Positions 27,980 to 42,100 of a DNA stretch of 64,000 nt are shown piece after piece. The translations under genes and the position numbers were made by a program. The first letter of the stretch is position 1, and each line of letters begins with the position of its first letter. The notes below the pieces were generated by a model. It saw nothing but the letters and a program-made list of their open reading frames with translations, was not told the origin of the DNA and did no database searches. The DNA is taken from assembly GCA_026770705.1 (NCBI GenBank), contig JANJGN010000026.1, forward strand, positions 30,008,001 to 30,072,000. Reading direction: 5' to 3'. This DNA is from Isurus oxyrinchus (taxonomy: Eukaryota).

Positions 27980-28268
27980 AAATTCTTGTACGTGTATTTG
28001 GCTTTACAGTAATAGGTGGCGGTATCTTCAACTTTCACATCCCTAATTTCAAGCGAAAATGTATTTTTTGCCCTGTTCGTCCACACAACAAATCTCCCTC
28101 CGCCGGGGATCCGCTCCCACTTTGTCCCACTCTGTGTTTGTCTGAAGAATTGTCCAGCTTGGAAATAATTCCACGAAGCACCAGAGAAAACACAGGTGAT
28201 GGTGAGAGACTGACACTCCTTCCTGGTCACAGCTGCCGGGATCTGTGTCACTGACTGACCGAAAGAGC
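27980..28268 (-). CDS. NTCRV: NAR-TCR V apparently germline-joined to D (cassette B), followed by a 12-RSS (27952-27979)
   Basis: ...KECQSLTITC...TATYYCKAKYTYKN then CACAATG-12-CCATTTACA, followed by sequence homologous to the D-J spacer of the 53 kb cassette. Confidence 0.88.
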
Positions 28269-28417
28269 CTGGAAATTAAAGAGAGAGAGATTTAATGGGC
28301 ATTGAGAGCCAACCCATCCAATGGGGTTAAATCCTCAAATAGTGCTTGTTGTTGGAATGGACTTGGACAGTTTTATGTTTAATCCACACAATGTCGGATT
28401 GATTGATCTGTACTCAC

Positions 28418-28460
28418 TGGGTAAACAGACGCAAAGGATGCAAACAAGCAGAATCCCCAT
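28418..28460 (-). CDS. NTCRV: Leader exon of NAR-TCR V(D) cassette B (MGILLVCILCVCLP)
   Basis: 43-nt open exon, GTGAGT donor. Confidence 0.88.
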
Positions 28461-31400
28461 CGTTCTGTTGCCTGCAGCAGATGACTAATCTTTCGGGGAG
28501 CTGGGAACTGCAGTCCTAAACTGTTCTGTAAGAGCGGACCTCAGAGCTTGACTGAAATACTTCAGGAGAACCGAGCTGACTTTCCGAAGTCAGAGATCAT
28601 TGATGGACTGCGCGGGCCCCGGGTCTCTGGCTGTGTTTTTTGTGAATAAACGATAGGAGTAAAGAGAGAGCCTAGAGCTTTCTGTCGCTTTATATGTCTG
28701 AGGAGGAGATGTGAAATCTCCTCCCACATTCGTCTGATGTACAGGGGTGGCGGAGGGGAGTTGTTCTGCCAGTACAGCATGCCACCCTCCTTTCTCTAAA
28801 AGCGCCGAGAACATCTCTGCTCTCCGCTCTAATTCCAATAGTGCCAGGGATTTATTGACATTAAAAAAAGACTTTCACAGGATGTGGGCGACTCTTACTA
28901 AGCCAGCGTACATTGGCTAACCCTAACTGCCCTTGTCAAGGTGGTGGTGAGCTGCCTTCTTGAACAGCTGCAATCCATATCGTGTAGGTGCACCCACATT
29001 GCTGTGAGGGATGGAGTGCCAGGGTTTTGACTCAGCGAAGGTGAAGGTACAGTGATATATTTCCAAGTCAGGATGGTGTGTGGCATGAAGGGGACCTTGC
29101 ATCTGGTTGTGTTTTCATGCATCAGCGCCTTTATCCTTTGAGGTGGTATAGGTCGCAGGTTTGGAAGGTGCTGACGAAGGAGCCAAGTTGAATTCTTGCA
29201 GTGCACCCTTGTGGCTGGTAAACACTGTTGCCATTGTAAATTGCGATGGAGGGAATGAATGTTTGTGGAAGGAGGGCCAATCAATCAGGTGATTTGCCCT
29301 GGGTGGCGTTGAGCTTCTTCAGTTTTGCACGAACTACACTCATCCAGACAAGTGGGGAGTCTTCCATCACACTTCTTACTTGTGCCTTGTAGATGGTGGA
29401 CAGGCTTTGGAGAGTCAGGAGGTGTGTAACTCCTCTCAGAATTCCCAAACTCTGACTTGCTCATGAGCCACAGTATTTATATGGTTAGTCCCGTTCCGTT
29501 TCTGGTCAATGGCAAGCCCCAGCATGTTGAGAGCGATGGCTACATCTGCAGAACGTGTTGGCGTGACCTGGACTAAAATTCTGATCCGAAGGACGGCGCC
29601 TCAGGCATGGCAACGTCTCTCGAACGTACAACTGAGCATCAGGTTACAATATATGGCATCCAATGACAATGTCACAAGGATTTAGTCTCTATCACTCGTT
29701 TAAATAAATGTTTCCTGCACCTCTGTGATTAGTTTTTAAAATAATGACTGAATTCATTAATGATTTATTTCCACATCTGCCATCTATTGGGTTTTTTTTT
29801 ATCCTTGCATTGACAGCGAATGAAGCGGCACGTTGATGGGCAACAGACGTTAGGGGAACACTGAGCGTGTGGTTCGTTTAAGAAATCACAATGAGACATG
29901 GTCTGTTGATGAAATGAAATCTGCACATTGTGTATAAACTGTCTCTGACGCAGCAACACACTCTGACCAAAACCCTGTGAACAGGCTGCGGTCAAAAGCT
30001 CTAGAAAACTGACAAAGGTGATGTGGAAGAGCTGTACAACGTTATAAGAAAGCATGGAAAGGGTTGTAATGGATCCCGTTCATAAATGCATTTGATTAAA
30101 AAAACCTTCAATTGATCGTCAGGACTGGTGATGATGAAATTTAATCGATTGTCATAAAAACACATCTGAGTCACCAATATTCTTCAAGGAAAGAATAAGG
30201 AAACCTGCCATCCTTACCTTTGTCTGAGTCATATGTAACACCAGGACAGCAGCAATATGGTTGCCTCCTAACTACTCTCAAGGGCTTTTAGGAATGTGCA
30301 GCAAATATTAACCTTGCCATAGAGGCCAACATCCAAGGAAAATTAAAAAAAAACAAAGCCCACTGCTCACAGTAGTGGTTCATTTGCCACAGTCCTAATG
30401 AGCACCAAATTAATAACAAGTTGGCAATTATTTCATTTCTACGTAAAACAACTGCCTATCTCATATTATAAATAACCCCTTCCCTGCCTCCCAATTTACA
30501 GCTCAACATGAAAATTACCAGAGAAGTAATCACTTTTTAGGAACCCTCAGCTGAGAAGCTAATCACTTGCTATTAGTGATAGAACTTGCAACGAAATTTG
30601 GGCCTCTACTCCTGTTTTACCAGGCCCTGATGATTATTCTACTCATCCTGTCTTCACAATTATTATATTAGGCTACTTGTCTGTTATTGTTTCACCAGTC
30701 CATGAATATTATTGCACAAGTCCTGTATCATCAATTAATACACGAGGCTCTGTATCTGTCACTGTTTCATTAAACCATAATTATTGTAATACTTACCCAT
30801 GAATCCTTGATTATTACACTAGGCTGTTGCTCCTGTTAATATTTAACCAGGTTCTGATTATTGATGTTATGGTCCTTGTCTCCTTGATTGATACACTAGG
30901 CCCTTGCCTCTCTTAGTATTTTATCAAATCCTTAACATTATTAATATTAATATACTGAATATTAACATACTGAATAATGTTATTATTACTCTTTCTCCTT
31001 GATTTATATAAAGCGCTAGGCCTCTGTTCATATTTTACAAGGTGTTTATTTTTTTAATGATCCCTTCCTCCTTGATTTATATAGGAGGTTCTATCTCTGT
31101 TAGTATTTCACCAGGCCCTAATTATTACCTCATTTGCTCCTGTATCCTGAATTAGCTTCTCTCTGTATTAGTATTGCACCAGGCCCTTATTATTATTGAA
31201 TTGGTCTCTGGTTCCTTGGTTTTTACACCCAGGTTCTGCCCCTGACCCTTATCAGTGTTTCACTAGGTCCTGAATATTATTTACCAGTCCTGACTCCTGG
31301 ATTAAAGCGCATGATCTCCATTCAAGTTATTAGTACTCTAGATCCTATGTCGGAGTCTATTACAATTCATCCTCGCTCAGGCATTGCTGCACTATGTGCT

Positions 31401-34298
31401 GCCTCTGTTTATATTACACTCTGCCCTTTCTCAGTCGGCATTGCACGAGCCCATCATGTTTTGTTTCCATTACACTAGACGTTGTATCAGTTGGAGCTGC
31501 AGTGAGACCATGTCTCTGTTTATATTACATTAGATCCTGTCTTTGTTCTAATTCAGCTAGACGATTTCTCTATATTACACCAAACACTGGCTGGATTATT
31601 ATCGTACTGAACATTACCTTGACACTGGGCGGAATAACACGAGCACTCGCTGATGGGGTGGCGGGGGCGTGGGGGTGCGGGGGGGGGGGGGGGGGGCGGT
31701 GGTGTTGGGGTTCCGAACCCTCAAGTAGGTGGCATTCCGACTTCTGGGGCCGCCGTCGGCGGGTACCCGATGATACGCTAATTGTGCGACTTAGCAGCAA
31801 AGGCGCTTTACAGGCCATGATGCTTGGCCTAAATAGCCAAGTGGTTATGGTACTGGGTTTGTAACCCCCAGATCAAGAGTTCAAATCTCACGATGGTGAA
31901 ACAATGTAACTTCATCTGAAACAGGTGGAAACGGGTTTGTGCTCAAAAGAGTTACAGGCCATGATCCTGCCCAAAGAGTGGTATCCAGTCTCGGAAGCAG
32001 CAGGCACCTGGAACCGTTAGGTCAGCATTTTAAAGGTGTCAGATAACCGATCAGATGGCCGGGTTTCTCTCTCATAGTGAAGATTTATGCATCTTCCGGT
32101 CAGATAAGTCAATTTAAATTTAGCTAAAATAAAAGGAAAGTTCTGCACATGCTGGAAATATGGAATAAAAACCGAGAATTCTGGAAAAACGCAGCAGGTC
32201 TGGCAGCATGTGTGGAGACAGAAACAGAGTTAACATTTCGAGTCTGTATGACACTTCTTCAGAGCTGAAGAGAGGTAGAAATGTGATGGGGCTTATACAG
32301 TTGAAGAGAGAAGTTGAATCAGGTGGAGAAAAATAGAAACTCAGAGACAGGTGAGGCTCAGGAGACGTTTGACAAACTTGTCATGGATCCCCTGTCTTCA
32401 ATCATATAAAACCCATTACATTTCTAGCTCTCTTCAACTCTAAAGAAGAGTCATACGAACTTGAAACGTTTACTTTCTCTCTCCACAAGGACTGCTGAGT
32501 ATTTTTCAGCATTTTCTGTTTTTATTTTAAACTTTACCTAATCTCTGCTAGTTATGTCAAACTTCATAAATGGAGGAAGTTTTAAAATTCTGCAAGTCTC
32601 CCACCTTTTGGCTTGAGGAGTTGTACGTGTATTACATGCTGCCATGCATTGATGTCTGCACCATCGGAGTGAGCAGATGGGCGTTCTGAAAGGGGCAAAG
32701 CTGCCTCCAGATTGAATGATTCCATCCTTGCTGCTCTCCTGCGTGCAGCACACGATTGACTGTACCAGCTCATGCCGAGAACTGGGATGAGGAGAAAGTC
32801 CAGGAAGACTCGCGCTGCGTGGGAAGAGATAACCAACATGGCAATAGTGTTGAGGCCGTGAAGAAGACTTGGCCCCAGTGCCACATAACGCTCAATGGCC
32901 TCACGAGGTCCATTGCAGCAACGAGGTCTCTGCCTGTCTACCTTGGGCTGGCATTAGTTTGTCTGCGCCTCTGCTGAGGGTTTCTGCGTTCCTCCTGGTT
33001 CTCTGGATCTGGCACTGCTCTGCCCCCTTCCTGAGGAACAAAAGCATCATGTGCCTCCCTGTATTCCCTTCTTCATCTCATCCTTCCCCTCCTCCAAATC
33101 CTCCTTTTCTCCTCACTGGAGGTTATGTCCCCAACGATCCCCATTTGCCTCAGATGCTTTTGACCCCTCACCCTTGGGCAATGTACAAGGAAATAATCCA
33201 TCAAAAGAGCCCTCTGAATCGGAGGAGAGTTCTCCTCAAGAAAATGTCCAAAACGCTCCTCTGTCTGTTCAAATGAGCTGTCCCTCAAGCCAGTAGAGTT
33301 TGAATTTTGGCCTCAGCTGCAGTTTTAAAACCTGCCTTAACAAACTTTCCCTTAAAAAACGGATGCCTGACCTATCGTAAATGTCGCCTTGAAGTCGTAT
33401 TATTGCCTTCTGGCCGTATAAAAGCAGTGAACTGATTAGTTAATTAGCCGAATTAACTTTTAAATTGATATAATAATAGCGCAGGCGGTTGCCAACTTTT
33501 TTGACAAGACCACGGGATGTGTCATCAGAACCTGGCGTGGTGACATCGTAAACGTCGCCCGAAGTCATCAGGCCCCAGAATTGGTCCCGAGAAACGCTCC
33601 CGATCTGGGAGAGTAAAATGCAGCTCACCATCCCTGTCACTTCTGCACTTAGCGCTTTTTCTCCGAGTCATGGCCATTTACCACCTGGTGTGACTACGTG
33701 TTGCTTACATTACACGAGGCCCGCCTCAGTAATCACTGCACGACGAACACACATAAGAACATGGGATTTAGGAGCAGGAGTAGGCTAATCTGCTCCTCGT
33801 GCCTGCTTCGCCATTCAATTAGATCATGGCTGATCTGAATATAACCTCAGCTCCACGTTCCTGCCTACACATATATCCCTTCACCCCACCCCGACCCGCC
33901 GTCCCTCCGTTAATCAAGAATCTATTTAGCTCTTCCTTAAAAATATTCAAAGACTCTGCTTCCACCGCGTTTTCAGGGAGAGAATTCCAATAATGTTATG
34001 TACATTAGTTGCTTCATGACAATAATGTAAACAGCGACATAAAAAGAGACTCACACAGAAACATCTAAGGCAGAGCCTAGTGTAATATAAACTCACACAT
34101 GGTCCAGTGGAATAACTGACGCCTAGTCCAAAATAAATAAAGATATTTAGCATCCTGAGCGGTATTGACAGGATGGATATGAAGAGGACAATTCCTCCAA
34201 TGGAAGAATTTAGAACTAGGGGCCACTGTTTAAAAATAAAGGGTCATTCATTTAAGACAGAGATAAGGAGCTTTTTTTCTCTCTCACCTCTGTCTTAA

Positions 34299-37200
34299 AT
34301 GTTGATGCAATGAGAATTAACATTCAATGGGAGTGGTAAGTATAACAAGACAACAGTTTTGGGTATGCAGAGCAGAAGCAACGTGAAATCAAAGGCAGCT
34401 GCAAGTCTCCAACTGGCTCTACAGGAAACAACTGAAAAGAATGTCATTTTGAATTCTTCAGATGAAAATGCTTCGCCTGGTGTCTGGTTAAGTCTAGAGG
34501 TTTCTGTTGCCTTAATGGAGATTAGTTTGGGAATTTGTTCAAAGTTAGGATAGTAGTAATTTGTAGCCATATATATCTTTAACCTGTGTAAATTAGTAAA
34601 ATTTTCATTTAGCCTAACGTAAAACCTTGAGAACTGATGGTCTTATTCCTAAATTTAGAGTTTCAGCTCAAAGGTAACACTTCGAATTATAGGTATTACA
34701 GTTGTTTAAAGTTTCCCTCTGGGGTTTTTAAATGATTCCAATTTACCAACTGCATCGGTCATAACAATTTGGGGGCTCTGCTGGGAGAAATTATATTTAT
34801 AATTCCTCGATTGGTTAGCAATTGGTGAATCTTAGGCCAACAATTAAGAGAGGCATTTTGAATTTAAGAGTTGGTGAGGCATTTTAGAGGTGGTGAAACG
34901 GCACGATGGCTTTGACTTGTCGGGGAGAAAAAGAGGTAACTCTGATTGGGTTGCAGAGAACCAAAAGTAAGTTAACAGAGTGGGCAGATAAGTTAAAATT
35001 GGATTTACCTGCGGCGGCAAGGAAATCAAATACAGTTAAATGTATAGCACAGCATCTACATTTGGGAGTGAAACCTGACACTAGTGAGTCGCAATTGGAG
35101 GTAGCAAGACTTCAGTTGCAAATGAAGAAGCTTGAATTTGAACAAGCAAAGGAACTGAAAAACCTTGAATTTGAATAAGCAAGGGAATTTGAAATTATGA
35201 AGATGAGGAAGGAGGAAAGAGAAGGAGAGAGAGAAAGCGAATTCGAACTGAAAATGGTGGCAGTTAGAAAGGAGATGTCAGTAGGAAAAAATAATTTATC
35301 TCCAGAGTAGAACCCAGTTAGGATATATTTAGATTTGTACAACATCTTTCAAAGTTTGAGGAAAAATATATTGAACCATTTTTATTTCATTTGAGAAGAT
35401 AGTTAAACAGATGAAATGGCCACAGAAAAACTGGACTTTATTTTTACTGTATAAGTTGTTAGGTAGGAGGCTTGAAGTATATGGTTCTCTTTCAGAAGAA
35501 TTGTTGGTGAATTACGATGTGGTAAAAAAAGCTATTTTGAATGCATAAGAAATGGTCCCTGAAACATACAGGGCATAAAATTAGGAATACGAGAAAACAG
35601 CAAGGGCAAACATATTGAGTTTGAAAGAGTAAAACAACGTAAATTTGACCAGTGGATAAAGGCATCAAAGGTAAAGGCAACCTATGCAGCTTTTAGGGAA
35701 GTCAATACTTTGGAAGAATTTGAAGATTGACAGTGAGAGCTCATGTGGGGGAACAGAGGGTTGATTCTGTAGGGCAAGAGGCAGAAATAGCTGATGATTA
35801 TGAGTTAGTTCATGGAGCTAAACCGTTTAGGCCATCAAGCTTTCAAATTGGAAAAGGTTAAAAAGTGAGCAGGTGAAAGGAAGGGAGGTAGTCAGGAAAG
35901 AGGAGTAGCTGGAAGCTGCCTGGAAGTTTTTTTCTCACAACAAAGAGGAAGGTAGAAGTCACATTCGAAAATTGAAGCGTTTTCATTTAATAAAGTGGGG
36001 CACACGAAGTTAATGTGTTGGAGACAGCAGGAAAAATCTGTAGAAATTATTGGAGTGCATAAAGATCTGGAAGTAAAATTATTGGGGGTTCTGAGGTTCA
36101 AGCACAGAAGAAACCAATAGTTTGTGTACAGGTGAAACAGGCAGAATCAGTGAAATATAAGAAGTGGGGTTTTGTTCACAGTTCACTTAAGGGAATTCTG
36201 AGGAGCAGGCTGTAGAAATGTTTAAAGACTGTGCGTGAATGGAAAGTCTTTCCATGTGTACAAGGTGTAGTACGTATCGATGTTAAAATTTTAAGACACG
36301 CAGGGGCTAGTCCACCATTAATGTTGTGGGATCGTGATATTTCTTGTTCACAGGGAGCGTTACAGGAGAAGATAATAAATAAGAGGGATTCATGGAGATG
36401 CTAAATCTATTCCGTTGTGGAAGGTAAGTGTAAAGAGCAGGTGGAAGCCATGTGACATTATAGTTGTAGTGGTGGAAAATTGCCCATTGCAGGGTTTCAA
36501 TTTATTTTGGATAATAATATAGCTGAATGGCAAACGTGGGTGATGCCTGTGGTAGTTCAGCAGCCTATAGAAGTGTTTTAAACAGAAGTGCTGCAAAAGC
36601 AACAGCCTAAATTATTTCCTGATTGTATTATAATGAGATCACATGCCCACAGGGAAGAACAAAATAAACAAGATAAGCAGGTAGTCCAAAGGCAAGAAAA
36701 AGGTGTCGAAATCCAATTATCTGGCACTGTATTTGAGAATATTCTTCAGGAAGAAGGAATGCAGGACAGTTCAGTTGAAGTGTTAACTCAAGAAGATTAG
36801 TGGAGTTACAGAAAAATGATTTTTAATTAAAACAGTTATATCAGAAAACTTATTCAGAAACCGAAGCAAAATGTTGAGGGAATATATTAGCGAGAAAATG
36901 GTGGTCGGATCATGTCTGAGCAGATGAAAGCTGGAGGTAGATCAATCATATTGTTATCCTATAAGGGTATAGGAATGAGATTCTGAGGATTGCTCATGAA
37001 ATGCCAATGGGCAGAGGGAGGGGGTGGGGGGTCTGGGTGGAGAGGGTGCCATTTCGCAATTAGGAAAGCACAGGAAAAGATGCAGTGGTTATTTTCTGCC
37101 AGGGTTGTATTCCACTTCTATAGAGCTTGTCATATATGTCAAGTAATAAAGAAGCCAGAAGCAGTGATTAAGCCGGCACCTTTAATCCCAATACCAGCAT

Positions 37201-38340
37201 TTGAAGAACCTTTTACCAGAGTCTTGATTGATTGTGTAGGACCCCTCCCTGACACTAAACGTGGAAATCAGTATTTATTAACAATAGTGGATGCACCTCT
37301 TATGTTTTCTGAAGCGATATCTTTAAGAAATGTTACAACTAAGAAGATGGTGGAGGAGTTAATGAAATTGTTCACAAGATATGGCTTACCTAAAGAAATA
37401 CAATCAGATCAGCGGTCAAATTTCATGTCGCAGCTGTTTAAGAAAGTAATGAACAGTTTGGGGATAAAACAATTTAAGTCAACAGCTTATCATCCGGAGC
37501 TTTGGAAATGTGGAATCAAATCTTAAAAATTGTGATAGGAGCATACTTTCTTGATTATGCACAGGATTGGGGTCCAGGAATTCCATATTTGTTATTTGCT
37601 ATTAGAGACGCGCCTAACGCATCGACTGGTTTCAGCCCTTTTGAACTAGTTTGTGGTCATGAGGCAAGGGACCACTGAAATTGATTCAGGAGGAATTGGT
37701 GGGTCATAATTCAGAAACCTCTCTCCTGGATTACGTATAAAATTTCAGAGAAGATTAAACGGAACATGTGAGTTGGCTCGGGAACATTAAAATATTTCAT
37801 AGCAAGTGACGAAATTGAAAGCAGATATGAAGGCTAAAATTCGCAGTTTTGCTTCTGGAGAGAAAATATTAGCTTTGTTCCCAGTTCAAAGTGATTCATT
37901 AAATGCAAGATTTTGTGGGCGTTACAGGATTAAAAAGAAATTCAGCAAAGTAAATTGTTTAATAAATATTTCAGACACACGAAAGGAGCAGAAGGTGTGC
38001 CATGTAAATATGCTTAAAAAGTACTTTGACAGGGAAGAGGAACAAAAACAGCTGGATGATGAGAAAGAAGTAGAAGTGCAGAACTCTGAAAGTGATTTTC
38101 CTCTAATCAAATCTTCCAACCAAGTGTCACAGTGGTTTGGAATATCTATTGCAGTCACACACACCTATTTGTGGAAATAAGTTGTGGAAGGCACACATAG
38201 CTTCACATAGTGTGTGTATATAAACGTCATATTCAATAAGGCAACAACCTTTCAGATTAAGTCCGACAAAGTTTTCACAAGTGCAAAATGAAATTGATTT
38301 CATGCTTCAAAATGATATAATTGAGCCTAGTTGCAGTATT
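34299..38340 (+). mobile_element. Decayed Gmr1-like LTR retrotransposon (duplicate)
   Basis: As 11688-15735. Confidence 0.8.
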
Positions 38341-38344
38341 ATCC

Positions 38345-39110
38345 AAATGGTTGGTAACTTCAGAATGTTTCAGTGCAGAGGGATCTGTGTGTCCTCGTGC
38401 ATGAATCGCTGAAAGCTAGTAGGCAGATACAGTGGTAACAAGGAAGGCAAATGGAATTTTGGTATTTATTGCTAATGGAATACATTAAGATGAAGATAGT
38501 GAAGCGTTGTTGCAACTGTACAAGGCATTGGTGAGACCGCACCTGGAGCATGGTGCACAGTTTGGCTCCCCTTACCTGAGGAAGGATGTTGTTGCATTGG
38601 AGGCAGTTCAGTGGAGGTTCACTAGATTGATTCCAGAGATGCGGGGATTGTCGTATGAGGAGAGATTTAGCAGTACAGGCCTATGCTTGCAAGAGTTTAG
38701 ACGGATGAGTGGAGATCTAACTGAGGTATATAAGATGATAAAGGGGATAGATAAAGTAGACGTGGAGCAGATGTTTCCCCTTTTGTGGCATTCTAGAACG
38801 AGAGACCATAGTCTTAAGCTAAGGGGTGATAGTTTTGAATTAAAGAAGAGGAGGAATTACTTTTCTCAAACCGTCATGAATTTGTGGAATTCACTATCTC
38901 AGAATGCAGTGGATTCCGGGACACTGAATAAATTTAAGCAGGAGATAGACAGATTATTATTTAGTAACGGGTTGAAAGGTTATGGGAGAGGGTGGAAAAT
39001 AGGAGTTGAGGCCGAAATGAGGTCAGCCATGATCGTATTGAATAGCAGGGCAGGCTCGAGGGGCTGAATTGTCTCCTCCTGCTCCTGGCTCTTATGTTCT
39101 TATGTTCTAA
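38345..39110 (+). mobile_element. CR1 LINE 3' fragment (unit 1 copy at ~15740-15905 has a ~600-bp internal deletion)
   Basis: LYKALVRPHLE...SPYLRKDVVALEAVQWRFTRLIP C-terminal CR1 ORF2 motif. Confidence 0.85.
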
Positions 39111-42100
39111 TGTAAACAGCTCACTGGAGCAGGAAGGTCCTGAAATATCCTCATTCTTAATGATGGGGGAGGCCAGGACATCAGTGCAAAAAATAAGTCT
39201 GAACCATTTGCTCCAACCTTCAGTCAGAAATGCCGAGTGGACGATCCATCTCGGCCACCTCCAGAGGTCCCCAGCATCAAAGTGGCCAGACTTCAGCCAA
39301 TGTGATATCGAGAAACAGCTGAAGGGAATGTATACTGCAAAGGCTGTGGCCCTTGACATTTTGCCAACAGTTCCAAAGACCTTTGCTCCACAGCTTGCCG
39401 CATCCCTTGCCAAGCTGCTGCTGTGCAGCTAAAACACTGGCATCTATCCAGAAACGAAGAAAATTGCCAGACAGGAATATTCCAATCCGGCTATTTACCG
39501 CCTCATCAGACCACTCTCGATCATCAGTAAAGTAATGGAAGGGTGCATCAACAGTACTGTCATGCAGCCCTTGCTTCTCAATAACCTGCTCACTGACACC
39601 GAGCTTGGTTTCCGCCAAGGCCACTCAGTTCCTGAAATTATTACAGCCTTGGCTCAGACATAGACAAAAGGGCTGAAATCTCAAGATGAGTTCGAAGTGA
39701 CTGCCCTTCTCACCAAGACCGAATTTTACAGAGTGTGGCAGCAAGGGGCCCTAGCAAAACTGGAGCCAAAGAGAATAACGGGGAAAACTCCAACGGTTGG
39801 AGTCATGCCTAACACAAAGGAAAATGGTTGCGGTTGTTGGAGGTCAGTCATCCCAGCTCCAGGGCATCACTGCAGGAGTTCATCAGAGTAGTGTCCTAGG
39901 CCCAACCATTTGAGCTACTTCATCAATGATCTCCCGTCCATAATAACATCACAAGTGGAGATGTTCGCTGATGCTTGCACAATGTTCAGCACCATTCACG
40001 ACTCCTCAGATACTGAAGCACTCCATGTCCATGGCCTGGACAACATCCAGGCTTGGCTGACCAATGCTGATGACTTGTCCTCCAGAAGTTACATTCATGG
40101 TACACAAGTGCCAGGCAATGACCATCTCTAACAAGAGAGAGAGAGTAGCCATCGTCCTTTGAAATTCAATATCATTACCATCGCTGAATCCCCCACTATC
40201 AACATCCTGGGGGATTACCATTCACCAGAAACTGAACTGAACTAACCATATAAATACCAGTGGCTTAAAGAGCAATTCGGAGGCCGGGAATCCAGCGGCG
40301 AGTAACTCACCTCCAGACTCCACAAACCTGTCCACAATGTAGAAGGCATAAGTCAAGAGTGTGGTGGAATATTCTGCACTTGCCTGGTTGAGTGCAGCTC
40401 CAACAGCGCTCAATCAGATTGACATCATTCAGGACCAAGAAGCCCGCTAGATTGGCACCCCATCCATAAACATTCACTCCCTCCCCCACCGACACAGTAG
40501 CAGCAGTGTGTACCATCTACAAGATGCGCTGCAGGAATTCACCAAGGTTCCTTAGACATCACCACTTAAATGCACGACCACTACCATCTAGAAGGGTAAG
40601 GGCAGCCAATAGATGGGAATACCACCACCTGGAAGTTTCCCTCCAGGTCACTCAGCATCCCGACTTGGAAATATATCTCCATTCTTTCACTGTCGCTGGC
40701 TCAAATTCCTGGAACTCCCTTCCTAAAAGCACTGTGGGTGTACCTAAACACAGGGACTGCAACGGTCCAAGAAGGCAGCTCACCACCTCCTTCTCAAGGA
40801 CAATTAGGGATGGGAAATAGCTGCTGGTCGGGATAATGAAGCCCTCATTCCTTGAATTAATTAACATAAAAACAGTATTAAGTGCGCTTGGTATTTAACT
40901 AATGTGCATAAGTTATTTGATGAGGTAACTGAGAGGTTTGATGAGGTGAATGCGGTTCATGTGACATACATCGACTTCGATTAAGTGCCATATAAAGCCT
41001 TGGCAAGAAAGTTAGAGCCCATGGAATACAAGGGACAGTAGGAGCATGGAAGCAAATTTATCTGAGCAGCAGGAAACATTTTGGTGAACGGCTGTTCTTC
41101 GGGCTGGAGGAAGGTATATAGTCGGATTCCCCAGGGATCGGTATTTGGGTCCTTACTTTTTCAATTTACATCAATGATCTAGACTTGAATTTACAGGGAA
41201 CAATTTCAAAATTTGTGGATTACACCAAATTTGGATCTATTGCAAAATATGAAGAAATAATGAGAAGCTTCAAAAGCACATAGACAGACTGTGAAACGGA
41301 CGGTCAAGTGTCATGTGCAAGTTATTGCAGAAAAGGATGAACTCATTCATTTTAGTATTAAAAGCGAAAAGAAGCAAAACGAAATCATGGGTTCAATTGC
41401 AAAGGGGATGCAGGAGCAGAGGAGCCTTTGGGTCTATGTGCTTAAATAATTGAATAACGCAGGGCAGACTTAGAAAATGGCTACTAAATATGCAGCATGC
41501 GGGGCTTTATAAATAGGACATAGGCAATACAAACAAGGAAATTACGATAAATCTGTGCAAAAGAATTGGCCTCAGCTGGAGTATTATGTCTCCTTTTGGC
41601 CATCGCACTTTCTGATGGAAGTGAAGGCATGAGAGAGGGTGCAGAAAAGACTCATGGGAATGATCCCAGTGAAAATGAATTTCAGTTACATGGATGGCTG
41701 TTCTCTATTGAGAAGGGCAAATTAAGTGGAGATTTGATGGATTTGTTAGAGATGTGCAAAATTATGCGAGAAATGGACAATGTATATATGGAAGGTTTGA
41801 GGATGAGAGGACTCCGATACAAGGCAATTAGTAAAAGGCACAATGGCGATATGATGGAAGTCTTTTGCCATGGACTGAGTAATTCACATCTGGAATGCAC
41901 AGCCTGAGTGTGTGATGGCAGCAGATCCAATCGTGGTTTTCAATGGGGAATTAAATAATAACCTGAAGCGCAAAACATTGCAGAGCTAGAGAGAAAAGAC
42001 GGATAGTAGGGCTGGGTGAGTTGCACGTGAAATGGGCTAGCACGGACACTACGGGGTGAATGGCCTTTACTTGAGATAAAATCATGCAATGCTTCAGTGA

